A DNA stretch of 64,000 nt from the human T2T-CHM13v2.0 reference genome, Homo sapiens, in NCBI RefSeq assembly GCF_009914755.1, contig NC_060939.1; one strand, 5' to 3'. The notes beneath the pieces are model-generated. The model was not told the origin of the DNA and made no database searches. It saw only the letters and a program-made list of their open reading frames with translations. The position numbers were made by a program, and so were the translations under genes. Below, one piece after another: positions 1-13,058 of this stretch (the first letter of the stretch is position 1; each line of letters opens with the position of its first letter).

Positions 1-2046
1 CTGGAGCTCAAAGGGACAGATGTATTTTTTAAATGAGATGCCTTGATTCAAAGGATTTAAAATGTATTTTTAAAGGCTGCTACCTCTCAGTTTCTCCAGG
101 TTGAGTGCCAATAACAATGATTGTGCCCAGAAATATCTCAGGTAGATTCCAGGAAGAATCTGGGAGAAGAGATTTCCCCAGGAATACAGAGAGGGTTTTC
201 AGTCTGGCTATGACTTCATGTTTCTAGAGACCAGATAGGCAGCAGGCTGCCATTTCCTTTGGAAACTAGGGCCCTGGAGTGAAATGAGCCCTACCACTAG
301 TCTATCACTCCTCCTCCATTTATGGGAATATCAGAGAGAAGTAGCTGAAAGAGATGATTTTAAAAGTTTGCCAACATATGAAGTATATCACCTACTGAGG
401 GAAATTTGGCTGCCCTCCTGTTTCCACAGACTTACTCCTTGGCCATGAAAAGCTCTAAAAATCATTATCTCACATCTGTGGAATAGGCTTCATGGGAGTG
501 GGCCTGAGAATGGTAATGTCAAATGAATGGTATACATAGCCAGTGTATTGATCATGGGCTATTGTATTGATTTTACACTGTTTAGGGTCTAAAGGGTTGA
601 GAGAAGTTTGGAGAATAGTACATAGGGTAGGTAGAAAAACAAGGCAGCTTCATTTTTCCTTTGCTCCCTGAAAAACCATTAAAAAGTGGTTCTGTCCTAA
701 TTCTATCACTTTTATATTTTCTTTGAATAACAAACTTTAAAAAAATAAATACAGCATTTTGGGAAAAGCTAGGTTTGTCAATAATTTTAATGCACTTGCC
801 TAAACTCTTACTCGGGTCTTAGAAATGGTAGTTTTCAGATGGAGGGAAGAAAAGGAGGGAGGAAGAAAGACGATGATTTATGGAAACAGTAAAACAAGTT
901 TTGATTTAGGATTAAATATTGGTCACAATAACATATAAAATATACTTATTTTTGTATTATTCAAATTAATGTAACTGAGAATTACTGCAAATGATACTGC
1001 CCTTAAAAACGAAAAACATTTTATATGAGACATGGCAGTATGTAACACTTTGAGGATCAGAGCACTGGAAGTCAGGATACTGGAATCTTTCCCTGTCTCA
1101 GCCTCTAGGGACTGACTGTATGTACTCCTGGGCCACCTTCCCACCACACCCTTATTCTCCCCCTGTAGTAACCTCGATTGGTCACTTTTCTAGGTGAATA
1201 ATAAAGTTGTAGACTTGGTAATTACCAAGCGTCTGTAAGATTCTGTTACTCCATTATATATAAATCTTTTCAGAAGGTTTATGTCTTTTCATGAAATGAA
1301 TTAGGTAGCTTTTACTTTATTTTTTGTTGTTTTTTTTTAAATAATTTGGTCCTAAGCAATTCAATATTTGTTAAGGTTAACTGTATTTAAACAGCAGTGG
1401 TATGTTTTTGGGGTGGTGTGCATAAATATAATAGGGTAGATTTCCTATTTTAAGAACCTCTGATATGAGCTTAGATGAGAAATTGCCCTTACAGTACCCT
1501 TCAGTGACACTTACCATGATTTGCTTTTAGTTTTATGGGGGAATCATTAGTGTATTGGTTCATTTGTAACTGATGGTTTATTTCCAAGGTTTTGAGACCA
1601 GTGAGTTAAATAGCTTTAAAATTCTCACTATTGTTTAGAAAGCTAATTGTATAAATTTAAATGTTAAAGCTTTTGAATGGCTTCTTTTTAACAGTGATTT
1701 TTAACAAATGTTTGATCATACTGTATTTGTGCTACAGTTGAAGTGCTGAAGTAGCATTTTGGCATCTTTCCCAAAAGCATGCTTAAAGAGGCTAGCGGCA
1801 GCGTCTCTCCCTGTCTCCTCAGTGCTTTTTACCTTGCGAGTGGTGCAGCTTGTTCTGCGGATGTACTGAAACCCTCCCATTTAATCTGCAGTGGAGGAGA
1901 GTGGAGCTCACTGTCCAGTAGAAATCAGTGATGTAGCAATGTTGCAGTAAATAGAAATGATTATATATTTCAATAGCTTAGCAAGAAGACATTTATAATA
2001 TTTTTTTCTTTCATCTGATTAAGTTTTGCTGTCTATTTTCTTCCAG

Positions 2047-2108
2047 AGAGATGTGGATAATTTGCCCTGCCTCCAACATCTCTTTCTCAGCTTTAACAAT
2101 ATATCTAG
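2047..2108 (+). CDS. LRRC49: LRRC49 internal coding exon A (62 nt, phase 0 to 2); leucine-rich repeat RDVDNLPCLQHLFLSFNNIS
   Basis: Acceptor ctattttcttccag|AGAG, donor TAG|gtaagt; LxxLxLxxNxI motif; joins exon B in frame (AG|T = Ser). Gene name recalled from the peptide. Confidence 0.9.
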
Positions 2109-5100
2109 GTAAGTGGAAACTCCCAAGTTGTCATTCATTATAACTTGATTGTGTGAGTTCTAGTGCTTTAGATTAAGATTGTAAATACCTTGGAGAATTT
2201 TACTAGCATGGAAGATTTTAAATTAGAAAATGATAAGACAAAGTTCTTTGTGGAAAAGCAAAGCTCTTGTGTGTATTCTTGCCTGTAATGCTAACATGAT
2301 GAAATTAATATAGCATGTGCTTTTGATTTAATTATGCTTTAGAGTTGCTCTTTTGTAAAACATGAGTACATAGAAATTTCAATGTATATTTTGCTGTCCT
2401 TTGTTTGACATTCACGGCACTGGTCAGTTGAATTAGAATTTCTTTCATAAATTGTCAGCTACAATTTGTATAGCTACTAAGCAATTTTAATACAGCAGGC
2501 TATATTTGTCACTGAGCCACTTGCTAATTAGGCCAAATTGCCTTCTAACTTAGTATCTCTGCTTAGAATTAATGCTGCTAAGAGACAGTGGATTAGAATA
2601 TAGAAATGTATAAATTTAGTTTTCTAACTATTTGAAGCATATTATCCTTTATATTGTGATGATGTCTCATTTAGAATTGGAGCTGAGACGTACAGTAAGA
2701 CTTTTCAATGCAAAAGGGCCCCTACTTTTTCCCTAATTCTTTCCTTCTCCTCCTTCCCAGGAGCCACTTAGTTTGAACTGGGCTTTTTAATGCCCTCAGT
2801 TCTTTAGTTTCACTTCAAAGCTGTTCTTTGAATCTGCTTTTATAAGAGGGTAAAAAATATATATAAAAAGATTTAGAGCATATCTTTTTCTGAACTCCAG
2901 GTCTATGCTTCTGTATTAAAAACTAGTTTAATTTTTGTGTGTTGTCTGTTGGCATGTTTTTTGCATGTCTGCCATCAGACTTGTTTTAACCCAATCATCC
3001 TGTACTATGTCTCTAAAAGACAGAAATTATCTGAAGACAGTGAGCTTTGCAAATAGACATTATTTTGAAGAAAATACTCTTTCTCTTTTTTCTCTTCTGT
3101 GGGAAAAAATATTAAAGTTTTTTTGATAGACTTTTCATATTCCTCTTAGTATATTTTGAATGCAACATTCCAGGTGCCATTATTCTATCTTGTTGGGGAG
3201 GCAGAATTTCTTTTCAATGGCAATGGAAGGGTCACTCATTTTTTTTAGGGGAATTTCCTCCTAAAAATCATTAACAACTCTTTAGAGAAGATAGTGTCTC
3301 GTTTTTACAATATGCAAAATATTCTCTGTTTAAGATACAAACTTTTAGATTCCCCCAACCTGTGGTGGAACTCATTACTTCTTTTGCTTCTTGTTTATGG
3401 GGAGTAATTTAAAGAGATATATAAATTTGGTTATATAGGGGTTATGATGTTCCCAGGTCCCCAGGATATCTGAATTTCTAAACTCCTAAATTCCTAGCTC
3501 TGTAGGAAGTTGGTTTTGGTTGCCTATATCTGGGAAGTTTTCTTCCCAACCTGGAAAGGAGTTCTGCTCACCCAGCAAAACAAAGTTAAGATTAATGAGA
3601 TTAATATTTACAACTTTCTTTAAAAAGTGTGATTTCTCAAGAAAATAAAGATAGAAGTCAGCTGACAATTTTGAGGCTTTTAAAAATTCTCTCTGTGATT
3701 GCTTTCTTTGTGTTTTTATATGGCTTTCACAGTATACCTTCCTCTAGTGTTTCCAGCGGATCTGCTTTTGAGGCACAGTATGTTTCCTGCTCTGTTTTTG
3801 TTGATGCTTGTGGTCCAGGAGGTGGTATAGTGAATATATTGGGTCTGAGGAGGGAAAAATCAGAGAGAACAACTTTGAAAACATTTCTGTGAACTTTACT
3901 CAAGATACAGATATCTCAGATAGCTGGGCTGTCAGATAACCTGTAGTGATAGCTACAGTATATATTCAGGGCACAATTGTTCTTCTATATCCTGGCATAA
4001 TAGAGTTGCCAGGTTTTACAGTGCCAGCTTTCTGGGACCTATCTTCCATGGACTCTAATTCAGTAGTTTTAGGTAGGGCTCAGGAATTTGTACCTTTATT
4101 TTAAAAATGCAGCTGACTTAAAAATACCAGTGGTCTGTGTTATTCAAACTTCAGGTCAAAACCCATATAGGGATCCTAAGATCAATTTAGTGATTTAAAA
4201 CCAGACAAATTAAAATGGAATGGAAAATATCAGAGTTTGTCACACATTTTAAAAGCATACACTGTTGCATAAAAATTTTCCAGTTTTAATTATATATGGA
4301 TATGTCTATGCATATGTGTGTATGTTATTTTACTATAGACAACATGGAAACTGGGTTACAATGTAAATATGTTTCTTACTATGGGTTAGATGAAAAAATT
4401 TGAAAAATTCTGTGAGATATAGCTTCTTATATTTCCACTATTATTGCAGTGCTAGAGTTTATTGTACTTTCATTTTATATTGTCCCTTCTGTTAGACTGT
4501 AAACTTGACAAAGGCAGAGGAATATGTCTGTACTGCTTACTACAGCCTCTTCAGCATCTAGCATGTATGTGTTCTTAGTACAGGTATCACTAGTTGTATT
4601 GAAAAGATTTATAAGGAGAACTTAATTCCTCAAACAGAAATATTTTTCTGTGTGATCTAAGAACTCTTTTTGGTGTGTCCATTTTTATGTTATTACTAGG
4701 TCATTTAGTCTGTGTTTAATGTGTGGACCTGTGAGGTTTAAAGCCATAAGCAAATCAAAGTTCTCTTGGCAGTTGTTTTGGGCTTCCAGGTTAATTTGCT
4801 GATTTGTCAGTAAGGATCTTGCCCATAATTTCTAGAGAAACTAAAACTTTTATTTATGCAGTGGGGTATATCAGGGTTAGGGTGGTGGGTGTGGTGTGTC
4901 CCAGGGTACAGACAATGAGGTACGTTGTCTGTAAGACATTTAAAAACAATAAAACTGACAAAAATAATGTTGCTTTTTATTGTCACTTTGCATTGGAATT
5001 TCTAACCTACGTCACTGTTAAAATAGTCTTCTCTGCCGGAATGACCTCTCATACCTCTTTTCTTACTTTAGTAAGACAATGTTATTTGGACTCAGCTTTT

Positions 5101-5538
5101 TCTTTATGATATCACTGAAAATTTTAAACTAGGTTTTTTTTTTTTTTTTTTTTTAGGAAGGAATGCTGTTTTAAGTTCTCTAATGACCTTTGTTAGTACA
5201 TATGTTAGTACATATAGTATGGTTAAAGGTCACTGAAGCACACGCTTTGGGGTGTGACTTTTCCTTCATCACTATTCTCTAAGACAAGATAATCCTCCGG
5301 GCTGTTTTCAAAATTTTACTGAAAATGGTTTATAATTTTACCTTTATCAGGAAATCATTCTCCTTGCATTTTTCTCAAGTTATATTTCAGCTTGATAAGT
5401 CACCCTATATCAATTATATTTCTAGAAAAGAATCTATTTCTATTTAGGAAACCTTAAACTGCCCTGCAGTTGTCTAATTTAGTACTAGTTGGTATTTTAA
5501 GGAGGAAATTATTTCACTGACCTTCAGAATATATGGAT

Positions 5539-5826
5539 TTTTTTTTTTTTTTTTTTTTTGAGACGGAGTCTCGCTCTGTCGCCCAGGCTGGAGCGCAGTA
5601 GCGCAATCTCAGCTCACTGCAAGCTCCGCCTCCTGGGTTCATGGCATTCTCCTGCCTCAGCCTCCTGAGTAGTTGGGACTACAGGCGCCCGCCACCATGC
5701 CCGGCTAATTTTTTTGTGTGTGTTTTTAGCAGAGACGGTGTTTCACTGTGTTAGCCTGACCTCGTGATCCTCCCGCCTTGGCCTCCCAAAGTGCTGGGAT
5801 TACAGGCGTGAGCCACTGCGCCGGCC
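5539..5826 (-). mobile_element. AluY-type SINE with an 18-nt internal deletion
   Basis: Poly(T) tail, AluY-type AAGCTCCGCC and TTAGCC; TSD TATATGGAT at 5530-5538 and 5827-5835. Confidence 0.93.
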
Positions 5827-7316
5827 TATATGGATATTTTTTATGAGCTCAGGTTGTTAGATAGTATTCCTGTAGTTGAGATACAAGGTTTTATTCTTGT
5901 GCCTTCCAGGATTGCAAGTGTCACTTACATTATTTTGGCTTGAAGGAAAATCATTTCCCTTAGTTCTAGTATGCAGCATACTGTTAGAATGCCTTTACTT
6001 TTCCTTTGTTAGCAGATAACCAATGATATGCAAATCTTCTTACTGAGTTAAACAGAGGAAATCAACTATTGACAGATCTTTTCTGACCATCTGCTAAGTT
6101 TTAAATTTGAGAAATGAGTACATGCTTGTCAAGGAAATTTCATTATCAGTACCCATTTATCTACTGAACTCCTCTTGAGGGGTTTACCAAATGGTTGACA
6201 CGTGATTCGCCTTCAGACAAACATTTAATTGCATTTTTCTAAATGTGATGGGCATAATGTAAGGAGGACCCATAAAAACAAGATTTAAAAATAGGGGCAT
6301 TTGTTTTCATCCATGCTGCTTTATTCCTTCTTTGTGAGTAAACCCCTCTGAGTATAGTAAGGTGGCATATAGTGCCTTAGTAGGTCTGACTGTAAAGCCT
6401 AGCTCCAGCTTTTGAATTCTTTTAGTCAGAAAATAGGTGAAAATAGATATTCACAACTAATGATAGATATGTTCTACCGCTTCAGAAAAATAGACTTTGA
6501 GGTAAGATCAATTTGTTTGATCATCCTCAGGGCTGATGTAATTATTGGGTCTAAATTTATTTTATTTGAAACACAGCACTTATACTAAAATAATTTTTCT
6601 ATGGTTTTTCATTGTATATCTTATTTCAATACTACTTTATTAAAGTGCTGTTTTTCCTTTTAGAGATCAAAAGCAAAAATTATTCTAAAATGTTATAGAA
6701 TGATAGTTTCTGAGGACGATTTTCCACAAGCCTTGCAATTTACTGAAGAGTCAGAGTTCATGGGGCAGGGGTAGTAGAGAGTAAAAAAAAAAAAAAGAAA
6801 AGAAAAAAAGAAAAGGGGGCCAATGTACAACGTAATGGGGAAACTGGGGACCCTCTGTTACATTTGTTGTATTCCTTTTGCATTACCTTTGAAGCAGCAA
6901 AAAGCAAAAAAATCTAATGGATAGCAGTCACTTTTTAAATTATTATTACATAGCTTCTTTTATTATCCTCCTTATATCAGCATCTATAACCATTTAAAGC
7001 ATTAATGCTGTAAGTACAAAAATACATACAGATACTCTCATGGATTTTATTTATAACATTATAAAGTGGAGAGTGCTACCGTGTATGCTTTCCAACTTCA
7101 TTTTATAAAATGTTGTTGAAATTAATCTTTGCAAAATTGTAATCGTTTTCTATTAAAAGATTGCCTTTCTTTAATGGACATTATGAGTCAGTTGGAGGGT
7201 TTTTTACCTGTACCTTCTCAACCAACTTATAAATATATATATGATTGCAAACTCACAGGAAATTTTCCAGATATTCTTCTATAATTGTAAGCCTCCATTT
7301 TTATTACTGTAAAGGT

Positions 7317-7318
<2 letters not shown>

Positions 7319-7355
<37 letters not shown>

Positions 7356-7368
7356 GCGAGAGAGAGAG
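7319..7368. repeat. (TG)17 microsatellite followed by a short (GA)n
   Basis: Read directly. Confidence 0.97.
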
Positions 7369-7861
7369 TTTTTCTAAAAAGAAGGCTTCTGGAACTAAAA
7401 TTAAACTAAGGCCTGGGAGCAGGCTGCTTGCATACCTTGTGTCAGTCTGAGTTCACACATACATATTTGAGAGGCTGATAGCTATTCATAGCAGTGAGTT
7501 AGCAGTTTTGAAAACACTGATGTACCAAAGGTCCCTTTGGATTTTATTCACGTGAAGGTTCTAAAAGTTGCAGGAAAAATTTTGGTGCATAAGGGCCTTA
7601 AAATTAATTACTCATGATTACATACTGGGTGGTGTTCAGAAACAAACAAGTATGATAAATTGAGACCAACATACGTTTTATGATTTCCTTTGTATTTTGT
7701 TTTACAAAGGCATGAAAATTCAAAGAATATTCAGAAACAAAGTATAAGTATATTAAATTCAAAATCCACTTAGAAACAAACTTAAGATATATAACTAGTT
7801 TCCCCTAGTGCATTTCTTGTACTTATATTATAGAAATACTTCCAAAAGGGATTTGAGGTAG

Positions 7862-8095
7862 TATCAATGAAGAGAGTCAAACTCTGTAAAATATTTGAAG
7901 AGATTTATTCTAAGCCAAATGTGAGTGACCATGGACCGTGACACAGCCCTCAGGACGTCCCAAGAACATGTGCACAAGGTGGTCAGGGTGCAGCTTGGTT
8001 TTATACATTTTAGGGAGGCACGAGACATCAATCAAATACATTTAAGAAATACATTGGTTTGGTCCAGAAAGGCGGGACAACTCGAAGTGGGGGGA
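7862..8095 (-). mobile_element. ERV1 LTR fragment, MER4 group (3' end of the LTR)
   Basis: Reverse strand reads AATAAATCTCTTCAAATATTTTACAGAGTTTGACTC, as recalled for MER4-group LTR ends. Confidence 0.75.
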
Positions 8096-8521
8096 GAAAA
8101 ACAGAGATCTTGCTTCAGCTGTTTCCTAACTCATTTATGAAAAGGTAAGATAGCCCTCTGTCAGAAGCAAAAATATCTACGTGATTGTATAGATTTTAAA
8201 AATCTATATAAATAGCTGTTTTAAAGTTCTTATCTACTAATTCCAACATTTGTGTCATCTTTAGTACTGTTACAGTGACTTTTTTTCTCGTTAATATATG
8301 TTTCAATTTTTATTGCTTCTTCCTCATCTGGCAATTGTTTTGATTGTATTCTGGGCATTGTGGATGTTCTGTTGAGAGATTTAAGGATTATTGAGTTTTG
8401 TTTTGATAGCTACTAGAGAATCAGGTTGATCCTGTTGAGGTTTATTTTTAGTTTAGTTTTTTTTTTAAGGAAGATCTAAAGTGATACTTATTATAGAACT
8501 AGAGTAGTATATTTTTATATC

Positions 8522-9251
8522 TGTTACCAGCGGCAAATCTATATGGGTCTGCAGCAACCTCAATTCTTGCCTCCTCAGAAGAAAGAATTTGACTGAGGGG
8601 CATAAGGCAAAAGGAGAGACCAAGGCAAGTTTTAGAGCAGGAGTGAAAGTTTATTAAAAAGCTTTAGGGCAGGAATGAAAGGGAGTAAATTACACTTGGA
8701 AGAGGGCCAAGTGGGCAACTTGAGAGATCAAGTGCCCAGTTTGGCCTTTGATTTAGAGTTTTATACGTTGGCATACTTCCCAGGTCTTGCATCCCTTCTC
8801 CCCTGATTCTTCCCTTGCAGTGGGCTGTCCATATGTGCAATGGCCTGCTGGCATTTGGGAGAGGCCGCATGCACAGTGTGTTTACTGGAGTTGCACACAT
8901 GCTCACTTGAGGCATTCTTCCCTTACCAGTCAACTGTTCCTAGAAGGTCATATACCAGTTAAACTCTGACATTTTGCCTCTTAATGCACATGCTTGAGCC
9001 CACTTGCCCAACTCCAGTGTGAAGCCACTAATTATCAGTAGATCTTATTGGGAAACTACTGAGTATCAGTTTCAGGTTTTTTTCTATCTATTGGGAGACT
9101 GCCTTTCCCTGGTGCCTGCTGCAACCAATTCTTATTTTAGAGAAACAGTGTAACAACTGCCTGACCATCACCTGAGGGTCGCCTGACATTCCTGGTTGCT
9201 GGGGAGCCCTCTCCAGCCCCACTGGAGCCTGGCTAGCTACTTACTGTAACA
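8522..9251 (-). mobile_element. Complete solo LTR, MER50-like (ERV1)
   Basis: TGTTAC...GTAACA inverted termini, 730 bp, 4-bp TSD TATC/CATC, minus-strand AATAAA near 8650; body resembles recalled MER50. Confidence 0.85.
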
Positions 9252-9632
9252 CATCCATATTTTTTTTGTTACGACAGTAAACATAAGATTTGTGTATCCG
9301 AGGCAGACTGATTATTTACCTGCAGAATATCTTGTATTAGTTTCCCATGCTCCATTTTTTTCCCATGGTGCTGTGATAAATGCAGATGTCACCTGCATGT
9401 ATGAGGAGGGGCCTCTAGTACATGAGAGAAACCCCAAATTCTTAGTCTTGAAGCTTATATAGAAGCTGCTTACATAACTGCACCTTCTCCCCTCCAGGAC
9501 GGAAAGAGAGAACACAGAGAGAAACTGAGACCTTGTCTTCCTAATGTAAACAAATCCTCTCTGAAGAGAAAAGTCAAAGGTGTTTTGGCCAATAATCTTT
9601 TGGAATATAAACAAATGGCTCCACATTTTTGA

Positions 9633-9983
<351 letters not shown>

Positions 9984-10795
9984 TAAATGTCCATATTGCT
10001 CTTATCATTTCTATCTATTCAGTCACCCTTTAATCAAAGTGCCAATTTTCTTTGCTCAGAAGGCCATTACCATGCAGAAACATGAAAATATTCACATTGT
10101 TTCTTGACACAGAGTCGCCTCACACCTAAGGCATGGCTGTTCTTGGACTTCAGATATATAATCTGGGTATTCATTGAGGTCTCTTCACTCTATTTGGTTG
10201 GAATTGCAATGTCTCCCAGTTCCATGTGACCCATAGATACTCTTCATCTCACAGCCCCTCAATAGTTATATTTTGCTAGGCTTTGTGGAATTATACCCTG
10301 TGTACCCACATCCTAATATTTAGCCAAATACTCAAGAGACCCCTATGCAGACTTCTGGAGTTCCTTCTCTACAAGGTTCCCTCCTCTCCATTCCTCTTCA
10401 CCCAAATTCCAGTAGCCTCAACAGACCCAAATTCTGACTTCTATTTCATCTACCCAGTGAGACCTCTGTTCTGTCTCTAGCTCCACTTCCCTATGCTATG
10501 ATCTGTAAGTACCCTCAGGCAGAAAGCCGAGATGAACGTGGCTTTTATATGTCTGTCTTCTCCCAAGGATCACAGCCCTGAGCTAGTCAACATCTGCTTC
10601 ATATATTTTGTCCAGTTTCATAGTTGTTTACATTGGGAAGGTGAGTCTGATGCTGTCATGGCAAAAACTGCAAGCTCTATCTACCAGATTTTCAAATTGT
10701 CATGATTGTATATCATCTCTGCCATTTACCTGTCTGGTACTTAAAGAATATGGAATTCCCCTTAAATCAACAATACATTCTTTCTGTATTTAACA

Positions 10796-10798
<3 letters not shown>

Positions 10799-10847
<49 letters not shown>
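10799..10847. repeat. (TG)24 microsatellite
   Basis: Read directly; source of the CVCV/HTHT pseudo-ORFs. Confidence 0.97.
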
Positions 10848-10849
<2 letters not shown>

Positions 10850-11224
10850 CTGTCTGTCTGTCCAGGTTATTAGACGGGTTGAATTTGTTTCCTTTTTATT
10901 TGTTTTTAGTATTAAAGATGTTTTTTTTTTTGTAGGACTGAAACTCAGCTTGCTCAGGAAGGAAAATAATTGCCTGACCATTAAGGGCATTGGGCTTGGT
11001 TAAAAGAGGAGGGTATTTTCTTCTTTAAAAAATTTTGCTTCCATGCAAGTAAGGAAGTTGGGATTCTCCATAAGGAGGATACTTCTGGAAGTGAAACAGT
11101 TAGGCTTGTTTATCCTGGATGCACAGGAAGGTATCACAGTGACTTAATTATACACCCCAAAATATCTTAAAAAGTAGTTTAGAACTGTCAACTAGTCTCT
11201 GGGCATTGTTTGGTTTTGTTTTAA

Positions 11225-12180
11225 ACATTTTTTAAATCAACAAATAAAAGTTGTATATATTTGTGGTATACAAGATAATGTTTTGATATATATATATACA
11301 CACATTATAGAATGACTAAAACCAATTAACATATATGTTACCTCACATACTTATCTTTTTTGTAATAACATTTAATGTCTTATTTAAAGATTTTATTAAA
11401 GAACATTTAAAGTCTTAGCAGTTTTCAAGTATACAATACATTGTTATTAAATATAATCACCATGTTGAACTAATTCCTCCTGTCTAACTGAAATTTTGTA
11501 TCCTTTGACCAACATCTCCCCAATCACCCTACATGACCATAGCCTCTGATAACTACCATTCTACTCTCAGCTTCTATGAGTTCAACTTTTTTAGATTTCT
11601 CATATGAGTGAGATCATGTTGTATTTGTTTTTCTGTGCCTGGCTTATTTCACTTAGCATAATATCCTCCAGGTTTGTCCATGTTGTCAAAAATTACAGGA
11701 TTTACTTCTGTTTGAGGCTAAATTGTATTCCACTGTGCATATATATACCACATTTTCTTTATCCATTCATTATTTAAGGATGCTTAGGTTGATTCCATAT
11801 CTTGGTTATTGTGAATAATGCTGCAATGAACATGGGAGTACAGATACGTTTTCAACATACTAATTTTATTTCCTTCAGAATATACCTGGAAATGGGATTG
11901 CTGGTTCATATGGTAGCTCTAATTTTAATTTTTTTAGGAACCTCCATACTCTTTTTTATAATGATTGTACTAATTTATATTGACAGCAACAATGTACAGG
12001 GTTTTCTTCTCTCCACATTCTCACCCACACTTATCTGTTGTCTTTTTTATAAAATACCCATCCTAACAGGTGTGAGATGATATCTCATTGTGGTTTTAAT
12101 TTAATGAATTTCCTTGATGATTTTTTTCATCTACATTTTGGCCATTTGTAATCCTCTTTTGGGAAATGTCTATTGTAGTC
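11225..12180 (-). mobile_element. Old L1 (L1MA-type) 3' fragment
   Basis: Matches L1 ORF2 end and 3' UTR (CTGGCTTATTTCACTTAGCATAAT, CCATCCTAACAGGTGTGAGATGATATCTCATTGTGG). Confidence 0.8.
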
Positions 12181-12894
12181 CCTTTTTTTTCATAAAACTT
12201 CCTTTTTATGGCTTAAAAAGAAATAGACAATGTCAATTATAGACCCCCAGGTTAGAGACCATAGTTTTTAGTTTAGGAATATCCTGGGAAGCACTGAGTA
12301 AATGTGAAATAAGATTAATAATATTTTTCTGCTAGTTTCTTCAGACTTGTTTTTGGGGCTTGCTTTTTGGCATTTCATGGGTATTGGCTTGTTATTCTTC
12401 AAAATGACCTACTTCAGGGATTATGAGTGATGCCAGTTTTTCATAGCTGGGTGGGTTTAGGATCTAAGATTATCTTAGGGATATCCTGAGGATGTGTTAT
12501 TTTTACCTCAATAGTGATAGCTAGTAGCTGATCCTCCTCCTTCCTGTCCTTTACAATTTCATTAAAATACCTTCTCCATCTCTTTCATCTAAAGAATTCA
12601 AGTTTTTTTCCAAGTTGGTTGTTGAAGAACATTGATTATGTATCTTTATGTTTAAAACACCAAAAAAGGCATTGTGGAGAGTAACAGAAGTTAAACATAT
12701 GACTTTTGTTTTCCATGAGTGTATAACCTAATGACAGAGAACATACAAAGACGTGAGTGACAGAAACATGAAAAAAAAACCTTGCAGCTTTTGGAAAAGC
12801 CAACAGCTTGAGAATCACAGTCTGTCACTTAGCAGTTCTAGTATAAAGAGCGCTTCATCTCTGATTGCTCTGGCAAAAGGTTCTGAAGAGCCTT

Positions 12895-13058
12895 AATGTT
12901 CAAAATTGTGTCCTTGAACCAGCAGTATTAGCATCACTGGGAAGCTTATTGGAAGCCCAGGATCTCAAGCCCTACCCTAGACATTCTGGGTGAGAACTGT
13001 CATTTTAAAAAGGTCTCCTGGTGATTTAAATGCACATTACAGTCTGGGAAGCACTGCT
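12895..13058. mobile_element. MER5-type hAT-Charlie MITE, probably inside an MLT1 LTR relic
   Basis: CCAGCAGTATTAGCATCACTGGGAAGCTT...GGTGATTTAAATGCACATT...GAAGCACTG. Confidence 0.6.

Noticed and set aside
1925-2020. Possible intronic C/D snoRNA upstream of exon A
   Set aside because: No canonical RUGAUGA box with a terminal stem could be found.
5120-5230. Poly(T)-AG acceptor-like site at 5157 and 12-bp duplication TGTTAGTACATA at 5191-5214
   Set aside because: No convincing donor nearby; short slippage duplications are common.
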